Positions 13,660 through 26,700 of a stretch of DNA of 64,000 nucleotides are shown in pieces; position 1 is the stretch's first letter; every line of letters starts with the position of its first letter. A program made the translations under genes and the position numbers. Source of the DNA: Rhynchobatus australiae (taxonomy: Eukaryota); assembly GCA_034780895.1 (NCBI GenBank), contig JAUZTB010000001.1, positions 52,644,749 through 52,708,748 of the forward strand. Reading direction: 5' to 3'. The notes below the pieces were generated by a model. That model worked only from the letters and a program-made list of their open reading frames with translations. It made no database searches and had not been told where the DNA came from.

Positions 13660-14300
13660 GGATGATCGACGTTGCAAGTCCAGACCCTGCATCAAGCCCC
13701 GAGGCGCCGATGCTGAGTTCTTCTGGCAGTTTTGGTCTTCTTGCTCTAGTGCACAATTCAGTTCCCATTTCCACAATAAACACGAAGTAGCAATCCGGAT
13801 TGAAATCCGACCCTGCTTCAGTTCGTCACTGGAGCGGGAGCCGTGCGTTTCGAGGTAATGCCTCCTCCCGTCCTGCAGACCGCCGAGGGCGCTGCGGAGG
13901 TCGGTCTGCCCCCCCGTCGCCGCCACTGCGCTTGCTCGCAGTGGCTTCAAGCACTTCCGGGAGGCTCACATGGTCTCCAGTCGGTGGGGGCGGGAGGTGG
14001 TCGTCTGGGGTGATGGAGCCACCTCGGAAGGAGGCGTTGAACAAGCAGGTATGGTTCTCACCCGGGTAGCCTGGTCGCCGAAATTAGGGATCGAGGCGGA
14101 GCACCTGTCCCCCGAGGAGCCTGTTATGGTGAACGGTTGCANNNNNNNNNNNNNNNNNNNNNNNNNNNNNNNNNNNNNNNNNNNNNNNNNNNNNNNNNNN
14201 NNNNNNNNNNNNNNNNNNNNNNNNNNNNNNNNNNNCCTCAGCACCCCCCCCACCACACACCCACCCACACACACACGCGGCTCGCCCCGCTGAGTTCCTC
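13660..14300 (+). promoter_or_regulatory. CpG-island promoter and first exon of ASDURF-ASNSD1
   Basis: Locally GC- and CpG-rich in an AT-rich background. ETS/GABPA motif CACTTCCGG at 13952-13960 and GC box GGGGCGGG near 13987, just upstream of the ASDURF ATG and the donor CAG|GTATGG at 14048. Confidence 0.8.
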
Positions 14301-17300
14301 CAGCAGATTGGTCGTTGGTCCAGATTGCAGCATCTGTAGTCCCTTGTGTTTCCATTGCAAACTGTTTTGTCTGACAATCAAAAACTGCAGATGCTGCAAA
14401 TCTGAGATAAAAACAGCAAATGCTGGAAACACTCAGCAGGTCAGGCAATGTTTGTGGAAAGAGAAGCAGGGTTAAGGTTTCAGGTGGAAGAGCCTTGATC
14501 TGTAATTTTCTTTTGTTGCTCCAGAGTCCAGCATCTGCAGTCTCTTGTGTCTCTCTCCATCTGTAATCAGTTTGAATTGGTTCCTCAGATTTAGCTCATG
14601 GTATGAATATTTATTTTTAAAATATTTCTGGCAAAACATTTAAGTCACGAAACATGGTGGCTTGGATATTGCACATCATAAGCACAAGATATTGCTGATT
14701 CTTACAGCACTTTAGATATCATAAGATACTCTGGCAGTTTGCTAATGAGTTTGCAAACAAAATTTGACATTGAGCAAAATTTGACATTGAGATAAAATTA
14801 AGACAGATGAATAACAGCATGGTTAGTGAGCTTTTTTTCGTGGAAAGACAACAGTTTTAAGAAGGGAATTTTGAAAATTGGGGCCTGAAATAGCTCCAAG
14901 CATATGTAGTAATGGGGTAAAGATCGGGAATGCACCTGAGATTGCAAATGGTTATAGAAGATTTGAGATTCGAAGGGAAAACCAAGAAAGGATTAGAATA
15001 CGAAGATGAAAAGTCTAAATTGGAATTAGTTTATTATTGTCACTTGTACCAAGGTACAGTGAAAAATTTGTCTTGCATACTGTTCATGAAGATCAATTCA
15101 TTACACAGTGCATTGAGGTAGTACAAGGTAAAACAATACAGAATGCAGAATCAAGTGTCACAGCTACAGAAAAAGTGCAGTGCAGGTAGACAATAAGGTG
15201 CAAGGTCATAATGAGGTAGATTGTGAGGTCAAGAGTCCATCCTATTGTACTAGGGAACCGTTCAATAGTCTTATAACAGTGGGATAGAAGCTGTCCTTGA
15301 GCCTGGATATACCTACTTTCAGGATTTTGTATCTTCTGCCTGATGGGAGAATGGAGAAGAGAGAACAGGGTGCGTGGGGTCTTTAATTATGCTGGCTGCT
15401 TTACTGAGGCAGCGAGAAATATAGACAGAGTCCATGGAGGGGATGCTGGTTTCTGTGCTGCGCTGTGACCCCAACTCTCTGCAGTTTCTTGCATTCCCAG
15501 GCACAGCAGTTGCCATACCAAGCCGTGATGCATCTGGGTGGGATGCTTTCAATGGTGCATTGATTAAAAATTGAGTGTCAAAGGGGACATGCCAAATTTC
15601 TTTAGGTTCCTGAGGGAGTAGAGGCGCTGATGAGCTTTCTTGGTCGTGGTATCTACGTGGGTGGACCGGGACAGGCTGGTTATGTTCACTCCAAGGAACT
15701 TGAAGCTCTCAACCCTCTCGACCTCAGCACCATTGATTATAGACAGGTGCATGTGCACCACACCCCTTCCTGAAGTCAATGACCAGCTCTTGTTTTGCTG
15801 ACATTGAGGGAAAGATTGTTGTCATGACACCATGCCACTAAGCTCTCTACCTCCTTCCTGTACCCCGACTCATCATTATTTGAGATACGGCCTACTACGG
15901 TGGTATCATCTGCAAACTTGTAGATGGAGTTAGAGCAGAATNNNNNNNNNNNNNNNNNNNNNNNNNNNNNNNNNNNNNNNNNNNNNNNNNNNNNNNNNNN
16001 NNNNNNNNNNNNNNNNNNNNNNNNNNNNNNNNNNNNNNNNNATCATCTGCAAACTTGTAGATGGAGTTAGAGCAGAATCTGGCCACACAGTCATGAGTGT
16101 ATAGGGAGTAGAGTAGGGGGCTGAGAACATAGCCTTGTGGGGCACAGTGTTGAGAATAATCTGCCGGAGGTGTTGCTGCCTATCCTTGCTGATTGCAGTC
16201 TGTTGGTCAGGAAGTCAAAGATCCAGTTGCAAAGGGAAGTTGAGTCCCAGGTCTTGGTGATGAGTTTGCTTGAAATTATAGTATTAAGGCAGAGTTGCAG
16301 TCAATAAACAATTTCTAATGTAGGTGTCTTTGCTGTCCAGATGCTCCAGAGATGAGTGTAGGGAAATGGCGTCCACCGTAGACCTGTTTCAACAGTAGGC
16401 GAATTGCAGTAGGTTGAGGTTGCCTGGGAGGCTGGAGTTAATGCGTGCCATGACCAGCCTCTCGAAGCACTTCACAATGGTGGATGTCAGAGCCACTGGG
16501 ATGTACTCAATAAGGCATGTTACCTTGTTTTTCTTGGGTACCAGGATGATAGTGGTCTTCTTAAGGCAGGTGGGAACCTCAGATTGAAGCAGGGAGAGGT
16601 TAAAAATATCTGCAAATACCCCCACCAGCTGATCTGTGCAGGATCTAAGGACATGGCCAGGGACACCATCCGGGCCAGATTCTTCCCACTGGTTCACTCT
16701 CTGGAATACTGATCTTATGTCCTCAACTTGCATCCATAAATTGAAAGTGTTACTGAAGTTTGAATCATAAGCTTTGCTCTTAAAATGGCTACTTGTATTT
16801 TTCTCATCATATGCCTGTGGGGCAATTTTCTGTTTATGAGAATTGTTTTTATAGATAATTTCTAGAAATTTATTTTTTGGATTTTTGATTAAAAGTAAGG
16901 GAAGTATTGTTTTAAAGTAATGAATAATTGTATTAGCTTTCATCTTTAAAAGTGGCCTGGATTTTACTGAAAATTGCCACAATCCTACATGAAACTGCTA
17001 GCATTTCCCCACATAATCCAGAGTCCTGAACTTTCTCATTTCTGATTGCTAGTGATTTCCTTAATGAACTCTTCAAGGAACTCAGTGACAGAACACTTTC
17101 CTGAAGCTTTCCAGGAAAATCTGCCCATACAGTTCGTGCAGATATTAGATGTGAAGCAAGTACAGCAGTTCCATTATTTCAACAGAGATGAATAGCTTTG
17201 GGGAAGAGAGGAGCATTTAATGTAACTTACTTTTTTGATAATTCAGTAAAAAATTTAAATATTGTGTCTTCTCATTTTTAACTGTTAAATTGTCTATTGT

Positions 17301-20300
17301 CTTGTTTTTAACATTTAATAGTATTCATTTTAATGTTTAAATATTTTTGAATATATCTGCATGTAAGATATATTCAGTTTATGGCCAGAAGGGGCAGGGC
17401 TATGCTAAACAGGTTAGAGATGGTTTCCAGGGCCAAGTTGCCTCTGAAAGGTCCACTCAAGGTTAATGTGGACTTAATGCCAATGGGGGAAAACAGTGCC
17501 GGTAAATGCTGCTGTGAAATTCTGGGCAAATACAGGTAGATCTGCTATGACACAATAGTTGCATTCCTAAGAAACCTCGCATTACAGAAAATGGTTTTAT
17601 AAAAACAATTGTGTCAATGGAAAAAAGAGGGTTAGGGGTTAAACCATTTTGGGCTTGCAATAGCAAGGTTATTTTCCTGCAAGATTTTAAATATAAAGGT
17701 GTTTCTTAATAGCTCTAAGTTTATTTTGTTACTAGCTAAAAATACTAAAGACTGTATGTTACATAGTTTACTAAAGTATCCTTGTATATTAATGGAAGTG
17801 ATTGCTTGTTAATTTCCAATGGCTATCTGTGGTGAAACTAGCAGTCTGTGTTCTTAAGAAACAATGGTTTCTGATTACTGGAAGGAGGTTACATTTAAAC
17901 AGGTTCTTCTCCCCCAAGAATTTTTTCCAAGATAGCGCATTTTTCTGCTCATGAACTTCCAAAGGAGTAATTAAAGTGGTTCTCTAGTTCCAGATTGAAA
18001 TCGTGTTAGAACCAATTCAGCCCACGTAATACAAATAGTGTTCCGTAATTCATCAGTTGTATTATATCCAATTCCCATATGGAAATGTGTGTTATTTGCA
18101 GAACTACCTGTATTCTAAAGCAAACTACTTCCTCTTAAGTTAACTAAGCAAAAATGCAACATGCATGCAATTTTTTCCCATATGCCTTTCCAGTGTCCAA
18201 TGTAACTTTTGTTTTATAGATTAAAGAACAAATTGTTCTCATTGATGAACTCTCCAACCTGAAGAAAAATCGGGTAAGTTAATAAAATGAAAATCTCAAG
18301 TTCAAGTCAAATTTATTGTCATGTGCGCAAGTCCACTGAGGTATAGGTACAATGAAAAACTTGCTTGCAGCGGTATCACAGGTGCATAGGTACAGACAAC
18401 TCAGAATACATTTGGTTAACATTTGTAGAAATTAGATACTGCCATAACCACAATGATACTCAGTCATTTTAGATATATGTTATAAATTGAAGTTACCACT
18501 CAGAAAGATGGAATACAATTTAAAAGTTAGTGTTAAGTAAATTTTGAACAGATGCAAGGAAAATTCTTAAAAGTATTTAATGTTTGGAATGATTTTGCAA
18601 TTCAGATACGAGGCTAGTGCTTTGGACTTTCTCATAAAGGGCATATGATTTTTCCTTGATCATGGCTGCTGAGGACGACAGTTGTTGACCTATAGCTCAT
18701 TCTGAGCCCAAAGATGTTTCAGTATCTTTGGGCTCAGACAAATAAAAAAAAAATCAGAATTTCAAAAGGGGTTTGTGTGTGTCTGTCTTGGCAAACATTG
18801 CAGGATTATGAAGATGTAGGTTATTGCGATCTGGAGTATTCAAAAATACATTTCAGAGTGGAATTGTATTCATACTTAGATGATTAAAATTTTCAAGTCT
18901 TTGGAGAAAGAACATGAGTAAACTGGCTGTCTTCCAAAGATATGGCACAGGATAATAGGCTGAATAGCTTGTTTTTGTGCAGTTTCATAAAACTTACCTA
19001 TAGCCTGTGATTCTTGAATGGCATTAATGTTGTCATTGAATTTTCTTTTGCTATTCACATGATGTGATCATTGCTGGCAAGGCTAACAATTACTACCTGT
19101 GGTACTTTTGGTGAATTAGATTTCTTGGAACATTGCAGTCTTTTTTCAGTGTATTTGGGTAAAGTGTCCAGGGTTTTGACACATTAGCTGTGAGACTTGG
19201 AGGGAATCTCAGGAGATAGGTTTCTATTGTGCCCGCTGTCCTACTCCTTCCACTTGCTAGAAGCTGCAGGATTTCTGATGCACTTAAGACTTGCAAAGTG
19301 GTAACACTTTGTATTTTGTAAATGGGACATGTTGCAGCTGCAGTGCACTGTTAGTGGTGAGAATGAATGAATGAAACGAATGCAGCTGTTGGCTCATCTT
19401 TTAACTTAGCACTAGCTTCTTCCTCCTATCTGCTAATCCTTTGATTCCCTTAAATCTGATAGATTTTTGGATATCGTCTTGAACATATGGAGCCCTCTTG
19501 TTATTTTTTGTGACTTCCGTATAAAGACCAAGACCTATCAATTTCAAACCACTTAAAAATACTCGGCACTTTTAGTTTTTTCCACCAGACTGCATTTCTC
19601 CACATGATATTCCTTCTGCCACATCCTGGCCCAGTCACTTAACTTGTCTATATTTCCCTTAAGCTCTTTGCATGTTCCTCATATCTCATGCTATCACCCT
19701 TCTTTGTATCATCAGCAAACTTGGATATATCACACCTGATTCCCTCATCCAAGTAATTAATACATATTGTGAATGGTTTAGAACCAGGCATAACCCCTGC
19801 AGCACACCATTGTTATAATTTCCAGTTCAGAAACTACCTGTTTATTCCTACTCTGCTTTCTGCCACATTAATCTTTGTGATTCATTTGCTTTCTATGTAT
19901 TTGTAGAAGCTTTTGTTCTCTTTCCCTTTCCTTATCAATGCCAATCTCATTTTCCCAATTCTCAGACTTCCAGTTCTGGCAACATTATCAATCCTTTCAT
20001 AAGAACACAAGAAATAGCTGCAGGAGTAGGCCATCTGGCAGGCACGGTAGTGTAGCGGTTAGCATAATGCTTTACAGTGCCAGCGACCTGGGTTCAATTC
20101 TGGCTGCTAGACTGTAAGGAGTTTGTACGTCCTCCACATGTCTGTGTTCGTTTCCTCCGGATGCTCCAGTTTCCTCCCACATTCCAAAGACGTACACATT
20201 AGGAAGTTGTGAGCATGCTATGTTGGTGCCAGAAGCATGCCGACACTTGTGGACTGCCTCCAGAGCACTCTACACAAAAGATGCATTTCACTGTGCGTTT

Positions 20301-23300
20301 TGATGTACATGTGACTAATAAAAATATGTTATCTGGCTCCTCAAGTATGCTCTGCCATTCAGTATGATCATGGCTTATTTGCCTCATCTATACATAGGCA
20401 TTAACTGTCCGAGTGCTAAAAAATTTATCTTCCACCTCTTTAAGTACCTCCTGTGATCTAGTCTCCATGACCTTCTTGGGCAGAGAATCGCCATTGTCTG
20501 CTAGAAACAATTCCTATGCATCTCTATTTTAAATGACCACCTTCTTGTAATTATGTCTGGTTAGAGACTCTCCAAAATATCTCAACATCTATCCTGTCAT
20601 ATGCCCTTAGCATCTTAAGATCACCCCCTTTTACATTAAAGCTACAAAGAATACAGATCCAGCTCTTTTAACTAATTATGATAGGACAACCTTCTCATCC
20701 CAGGAACTGGCCAAGTAACTATCTTCTAGGTTGCCTCTAGTACTGGTATGTCCTGTCAGAAATAAGGGGACCAAAACTTTATACAGTACTCCAGGTGTGG
20801 CTTTACCAACACCCTTTTTGAAATTCTAACCCCCTTGCAATAGATCATCTTTCCTTTTTTTTGTCTTTAAAGGATTGTAAACTGTATTTTAATTATTTAA
20901 AATAAAGGTATGACAGCTGATTTCCTGTCATACCTTTTAAAATAGTATCCCTGTTTACCATAGCCAATTCATGCCTTGTGGCCTTTGTAGCTTTATGTAG
21001 ATTTAAGACCTTTGTCTTAGATTAAACTAAATCACTTTCAATTTTGTATATAAAATTCTGTCATTATCATTTTAGGCTCCTTTACTCTCAGATCATCAAT
21101 TAACCCTTTCTTGTTACACAGTACTAATTCTATAAGAGCTTTTTCCCTTGCTGGTTTCTCATCAGGTTGATCTAGAAAACCATCTCCAATACTCTCCATG
21201 AATTCACCTCCACACTATTGTTGCTGATTTGGTTTTGCCATTCTGTATGTAGACTAAAGTCTCCCATGATTACATAGTCCTCTAATTTCCTGATTTAGAT
21301 TATACCCTGCATTACCACCATACTGTGGGTGCTTTTGTACAACTTCCAGCTCTATTTCCTGGCTTTTGCTGTTTCTTATCTCCACCTAAATCGATTGTAT
21401 TTCATGATTTGTTAGTGCCAAGATTGTCCCTCTCTTAAGCTTTTATCCACTTTTTAATATCAGGGCCACTTTCCCTCCTTTATTTCATTTTGGCCTATCT
21501 CTTCTGGAGGTAAAGCATCCTGTAAAATCTAATTCCCAACCTTGGTCGCTTTACAAGCACATCTCTGAAATGGCATTTATTAAATTATACACACTTATTT
21601 GTGTTGTTAATCTGCCAGTGGTTTTATGAATGCTATGTGAATTCAATTGCAGATCCTACAATTTTCTTTTTGCATTTCTTTTCCCTACTATGACTCCAAG
21701 TGAAGGTGAACTCCTATATTTGTATGCACTGTCCTACACTGATGGGGCTTTGGTTAACATTACCTTTTTTTTACCTTGCACCTTAACTTTGTCCTTTCTC
21801 TTTAAATTTTCTAAATTTCCCATGGCCAGAATCAGCACCTTGCCCACCATCAACTAAAGCCTTAGGGTAGTGTATGATGTGCTTGTCAAGTGAGTTTGTC
21901 CTGAGTTGTGTCCAGCTACTTGAGTATTTTTGCAACTGCTCTCTTCTCAGCAAACAGAGAGAATTTCATCACAGCTATAGTTTCGGGATGGTGGAAAGAA
22001 TTTAGGGAGTCAGGAAGTTAGTCACTTTCCAGAGAATACCCAGCATAGGATCTAGTCTTGTTGTCACAGTTTGTATTGTGTTCAGTGATGACCCCTAGCA
22101 ATTTGCTAATCCTGATGCCTTGAATGCAAGTGCAGGTTGTTAGATTGTCTTATTGGAGATTATTATTGCAAGGCACTTGTGTTGTTCAACTGTTTCTTGC
22201 CATTTAGTAGTCCAAAGGCTTAACAGGATCAGATTCTAATCCAGTAGGTTGCAAATAGAATTAAACACTCCAAGTTTATTGAATATCCACATGTGATGGT
22301 GAAATATGTATTGGCACTTTACATTCAGCTAATGGAATTTCCTTCAGAAATGATGGGGGAGGATTTCACAATAAACCAAATTTCCTTTTTTTTAAAACAA
22401 CGCAGAAAAATAGATCGAAACAAATGATTTGATGAAAGCGTGGGGAATGAGATTTAATATAAAACTTGTTTAGGGACCAGCTGCATTCATAGAGCATTTG
22501 GCTTCATAAAGTGATTCTGTGAATCATTTTTCTGTTTTTTTTAACAATAATTGTTACCCATTCTATTTCAGAGAGTTTATAAGCAGCAGCCCAATAGCAA
22601 TATATTTTTCGCAGCAGATCAAACACAGACTCTAAGTGAATGTAAATGTAAGTTATTTGTTTAAAGGATATTTTGTAAAATGAGGTCGGTGAATGTGATG
22701 TATAAGTTAGTAATGTGGAAAATGTGATTCATGTATTTTTTGTTTCCAAGATTTTTATATTTGTAAAAAAACTCTATTGTGATATTTTTGTATTATGCAG
22801 TTCCCTCTTGCATTTTTAATTTCTTTTTTTCCTCACTTCCAAAGTTTTCCCTTTGCTCAGTCCTTTAACTCTTGTTCACTTTTGGTCACCTTCATGAGTG
22901 GCCATTATATCTGCATGGGTGGAATAAGATAATTTAATGATATCCTGAGAGAAGCAAATAACTTTTGCTGGCTGTTTTCTATAACTGAGATGAAGTTTGT
23001 GAAATTCACCATCTTGCTACTCAATGGTACTGAATTATAATTTTGATGGGGTCCACATGATAAATATAGTTGGCTATAACTCCATTTCGTTTGTATCACA
23101 TGGCTCTAAAACCTGATAAATGTGTCAAATTAAACAGTTAATAGCAATTTTTTTAACAAAAGATTAACTGTTATAGATATATATTTTAGAAATTATATTG
23201 GACACTTAAAAGCTTGAATGTGTTTAAATATCTAAATCTGTGGAGCAAACAGAGTATATGGCAAGAGACTTCTTTTCTCCCACTCATATAATCCACAACG

Positions 23301-23684
23301 TAATAAAATTCTTCTCATGATTGAATACGGAATTTATTCATTATTCTATCCAGCCTTGGTCCAAGTCTTTAGCCTCTGAGGAAAAAAAATTGTTTGTTCT
23401 CTGTGTTAATCATAAATTTAATAAGATGGCAGTTTCTGTTTTCACAAGAATTTTTTTAACTGTATGGATGTTTTAAAAAACACATTAGGAAGTTTAAATC
23501 AATTTGGTACTACTTTGTATTAAATTTGTTATGAAAGTGATAGTTACAGTGTGTTGCTTTGCCACAGAAGGTTAGATGAACTCTCCAAAGAATCTAATTA
23601 TCAGTGTGTAATTTTACAGGTTCCCTTGATGAGATGAGAAAGGAATACCAGGAATTGGAAAATACTGAGAAAGTGAAGAAGTAA
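14013..23684 (+). CDS. ASDURF: ASNSD1 upstream ORF protein (prefoldin-like PAQosome subunit), 76 aa, join(14013..14048,18220..18273,22572..22647,23620..23684)
   Basis: Hand splicing with GT-AG sites and consistent phases (0,0,1) gives [76 protein letters not shown]. This matches the recalled human ASDURF core ([34 protein letters not shown]...). The ATG has G at -3 and +4. The last exon continues into the ASNSD1 start. Confidence 0.93.
15026..16730 (-). mobile_element. 5'-truncated Rex1/Babar-type LINE
   Basis: Minus-strand RT peptides GPDGVPGHVLRSCTDQLVGVFADIFNLSL...PVALTSTIVKCFERLV, YKFADD, FKFLGVNIT, KKAHQRLY and IIKDPTHP, plus the 3' UTR ending TCACTGTACCTTGGTACAAGTGACAATAA. Confidence 0.9.
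19420..21860 (-). mobile_element. Degraded CR1-type LINE fragments
   Basis: Reverse-strand remnants such as cagtactccaggtgtgg (PHLEYC) and tcatcagcaaactt (KFADD), plus a 3' tail at ~20000-20030 and 20340-20560. Confidence 0.6.
20040..20330 (+). mobile_element. tRNA-derived V-SINE, near full length, with 7-bp target site duplication
   Basis: A box TAGTGTAGCGGTTAG, B box GGTTCAATTC, V-domain TGTAAGGAGTTTGTACG...TTTCCTCCCAC. ATCTGGC is repeated at 20033-20039 and 20331-20337. Confidence 0.85.
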
Positions 23685-23746
23685 TCAACAGCAGTGTCAA
23701 AATATATGCTATTGATTAATATGGATGGATAAATTAAAAGCACAAA

Positions 23747-26700
23747 ATGTGTGGAATTTGTTGTGTGTTAGTTTTAGTCCCCCAAGATGTTCCTGTTATT
23801 TTGGGAGAGGAAATGCTTGAAAGCCTTCAACGGAGAGGTCCTAACTGCAGTCAACAATTATCCAAAGTGGTGCCTGAGCTAGGCTATAACTGTTGCTTTT
23901 CTGGTCACGTGCTGCACATGAGAGGGTGTCTAAATCCACAGCCCATGCAGGATGCTCAGGGAAATCTCTTCCTTTGGAATGGGGAGGTCTTTGGAGGTAT
24001 TGAAATTAAACCTGAAGACAATGACACTCAGATTATTCTTCAGCATTTGTCTTTATGTAACAGTGAAGAAGATATTCTATCTGTCTTTTCGTCTATTCGA
24101 GGACCATGGGCTTTTGTTTACTACCAACCGTCCACTCATTGTTTGTGGTTTGGTCGAGACTATTTTGGTCGCCGGAGTTTATTATGGCAGTTTAAAAATC
24201 CACGCCTTACTCTTGTATCAGTGAGCACTTCTCTCCCAAAATATGTAAGTGCCCCTTGGCATGAGGTACCAGCATGTGGGCTTTACAAAATTGACCTACA
24301 AAAACAGCCCGATGCCAGCTCACTGGCAATAACATGGTATCCATGGAAACATACGTCAACTGAATATGAATTGGCTTCTCACCTAGAAGCTCAGTTCACT
24401 GAAGAACTTCCTGATTTTGTTTCTGTGTTTTTGAATGAATCAAAGATTTTCCTTGTGGCCCCCATCATTCCTATGAATTGCAGTATTCCAGATCCATATA
24501 CAGATAAAAAATATTCTGCAACAAATTTGACAAATGTTGACATGTATCTTTCAGATGAACACAAGAAAAAAATTGTTCATCAATTTATTGATATTTTGAG
24601 TGAATCTGTTAGACAACGAGTGCTTTTTTTACCAAGAAACCAAAATCCATCTGATTGTGCAGCTCATGTAATAAATTCTGATAAAGCAAAAGTAGCAATT
24701 CTTTTTTCTGGGGGTGTTGATTCTATGGTTCTTTCTGCCTTGGCTGACCGACATGTCCCACCAGATGAACCTATTGACTTACTGAATGTAGCCTTTGAGC
24801 AGCGAGAAAGGAAATTGCAGAAGATCTCCAAGAAAAAGCAGTGGCAAAGCAATACTTCTGGTGCATCAGAAGAGGAGACTTCAAAAAATGGCAGTGGTGG
24901 TATTGAAGAGAGCACTGCTTTTGACGTGCCTGACCGGATCACTGGCCGGTCTGGTTTAAAAGAATTGAAAAATATAAACCCTTCCAGACATTGGAATTTT
25001 ATAGAAATCAATATCACATTAGAAGAGCTGAAAGAAATGAGACAGTACCGGATTAGCCATTTAGTACAACCCCTGGACACAGTTTTGGATGACAGCATTG
25101 GCTGTGCAGTATGGTTTGCTGCAAGAGGCATTGGTATCAACACCAGTAATGGAGAAATCCAGCCGTACATCAGCACTGCAAAGGTGAGGAGTGACATTTT
25201 CAAAATAAATTATTTTGCACTCTCCATTTCAAATACAAACATTCATCAGATGTATACTTTAATGGAGGAGTCATGGCATATTTCTTGTGTGGTCCCTTAA
25301 CTCAGCATTTAAAGGGAATGTAACAGTAAAACAAGACATTTCCCTGGAAAGCAGGTTCTAAGTATTCGACATCACTTGGTGGAATTCCAGTTCTCCAGAC
25401 TTTAAAATAATCCTAACCTCAAATGTGGCCTGATGTACGAATAGAATTGGAATAAATTGGTCGAGTATTTTTGCGCTTAGGACACAAGTGTTATTCTTTC
25501 AGCAGGTTTTCCGTTGTTCTATCTTGTGAAGGCTTTGTGTTTTTTTTAAGCTTAGCCTTGGGCATTTAAACTTTACATTCTATAAGGTTGAGTTGATCTA
25601 CTGCTNNNNNNNNNNATCCCTGCATTAATTCGTCAGTGATCTCTGGTCACTTATCCTTATTGTGTTTTTTTTTGCTTCCATCTCTTACTGTATACCCACA
25701 TATCCTTAAAGCAAATGCTGCTTGGATGAAATACTTTTATTTTCTATCTATTGGATTTTTAACCAAACTCTGCTTTCTATTTATTTTTCAAATGCCTCGA
25801 CACTGATCCACATTGATCTTTGCTCATAACACAGACCACAAAGTATTACAGACAATAGTAATATGAAATAAATACAGAAAATGATGTAAACGTTTGAGGT
25901 CAGGTATCACATGACCCAGTTATGCTACAATTAACTTTTGGTTGAAATGTGATATTTTGTAAACTTAAGTTCTATTAGCCAAAATTAGCATTGCTCTTTT
26001 TGTCCCAAGTGCATATAGTATGGTTAAATGAGAATTACCTTGATTGTCCAAAGTACAGTAAAATTCCATTAATCAGGCACACTTGGAACTTTGGTGCTGG
26101 ACTGGCAGGTTTTTGGTATTTTATTCCAATTAATAGTTCAACACACTTTGAATTAACTTTCTTTTAAATGTTACACAGTAGTATAAATTTCCAGTGAACC
26201 TTGCATAGTAATGGGAGAATGGGAATTGATGTCCCAAATGAGTTAGATGCTAAATCATCAGTATTTCCAAACATCTGGTAGCAAATTATTAGAGTTTTAC
26301 TATTATATGGGGCAGTACAGTGCAGTTTCATTTAACTGGTGTTATCAGATTTGGGAATGAAAAGCTGTTAAATGTTTGCTTTTAGGTGGTGTTGACTGGG
26401 ATAGGTGCTGATGAACAACTTGCAGGTTATTCCCGTCACCGCATTCGCTACAAAACNNNNNNNNNNNNNNNNNNNNNNNNNNNNNNNNNNNNNNNNNNNN
26501 NNNNNNNNNNNNNNNNNNNNNNNNNNNNNNNNNNNNNNNNNNNNNNNNNNNNNNNNAAACATCGGGATTTGTAGGCCTGGTCAAAGAACTGGAGATGGAA
26601 CTTGGTCGCATCTCTTCGCGTAATCTTGGAAGAGATGACAGAGTCATCGGTGACCATGGGAAAGAAGCAAGGTGAGTTTTGCCAACTTTTTGTAAGTGCT

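Noticed and set aside
15905-16078. 37-bp direct repeat around an N-run
   Set aside because: Contig-overlap artefact at a 100-N scaffold gap.
20041-20110. tRNA-like A and B boxes
   Set aside because: This is the head of a SINE with V-domain, tail and TSD, not a tRNA gene.
23568-23600. GATGAACTCTCCAA identical to ASDURF exon 2, reading RLDELSKE, behind an AG-like acceptor
   Set aside because: Both available acceptors give an immediate stop in the ASDURF frame. Probably a chance 14-mer.
24664-25203. 179-aa minus-strand ORF
   Set aside because: Antisense shadow of the ASNSD1 coding exon.
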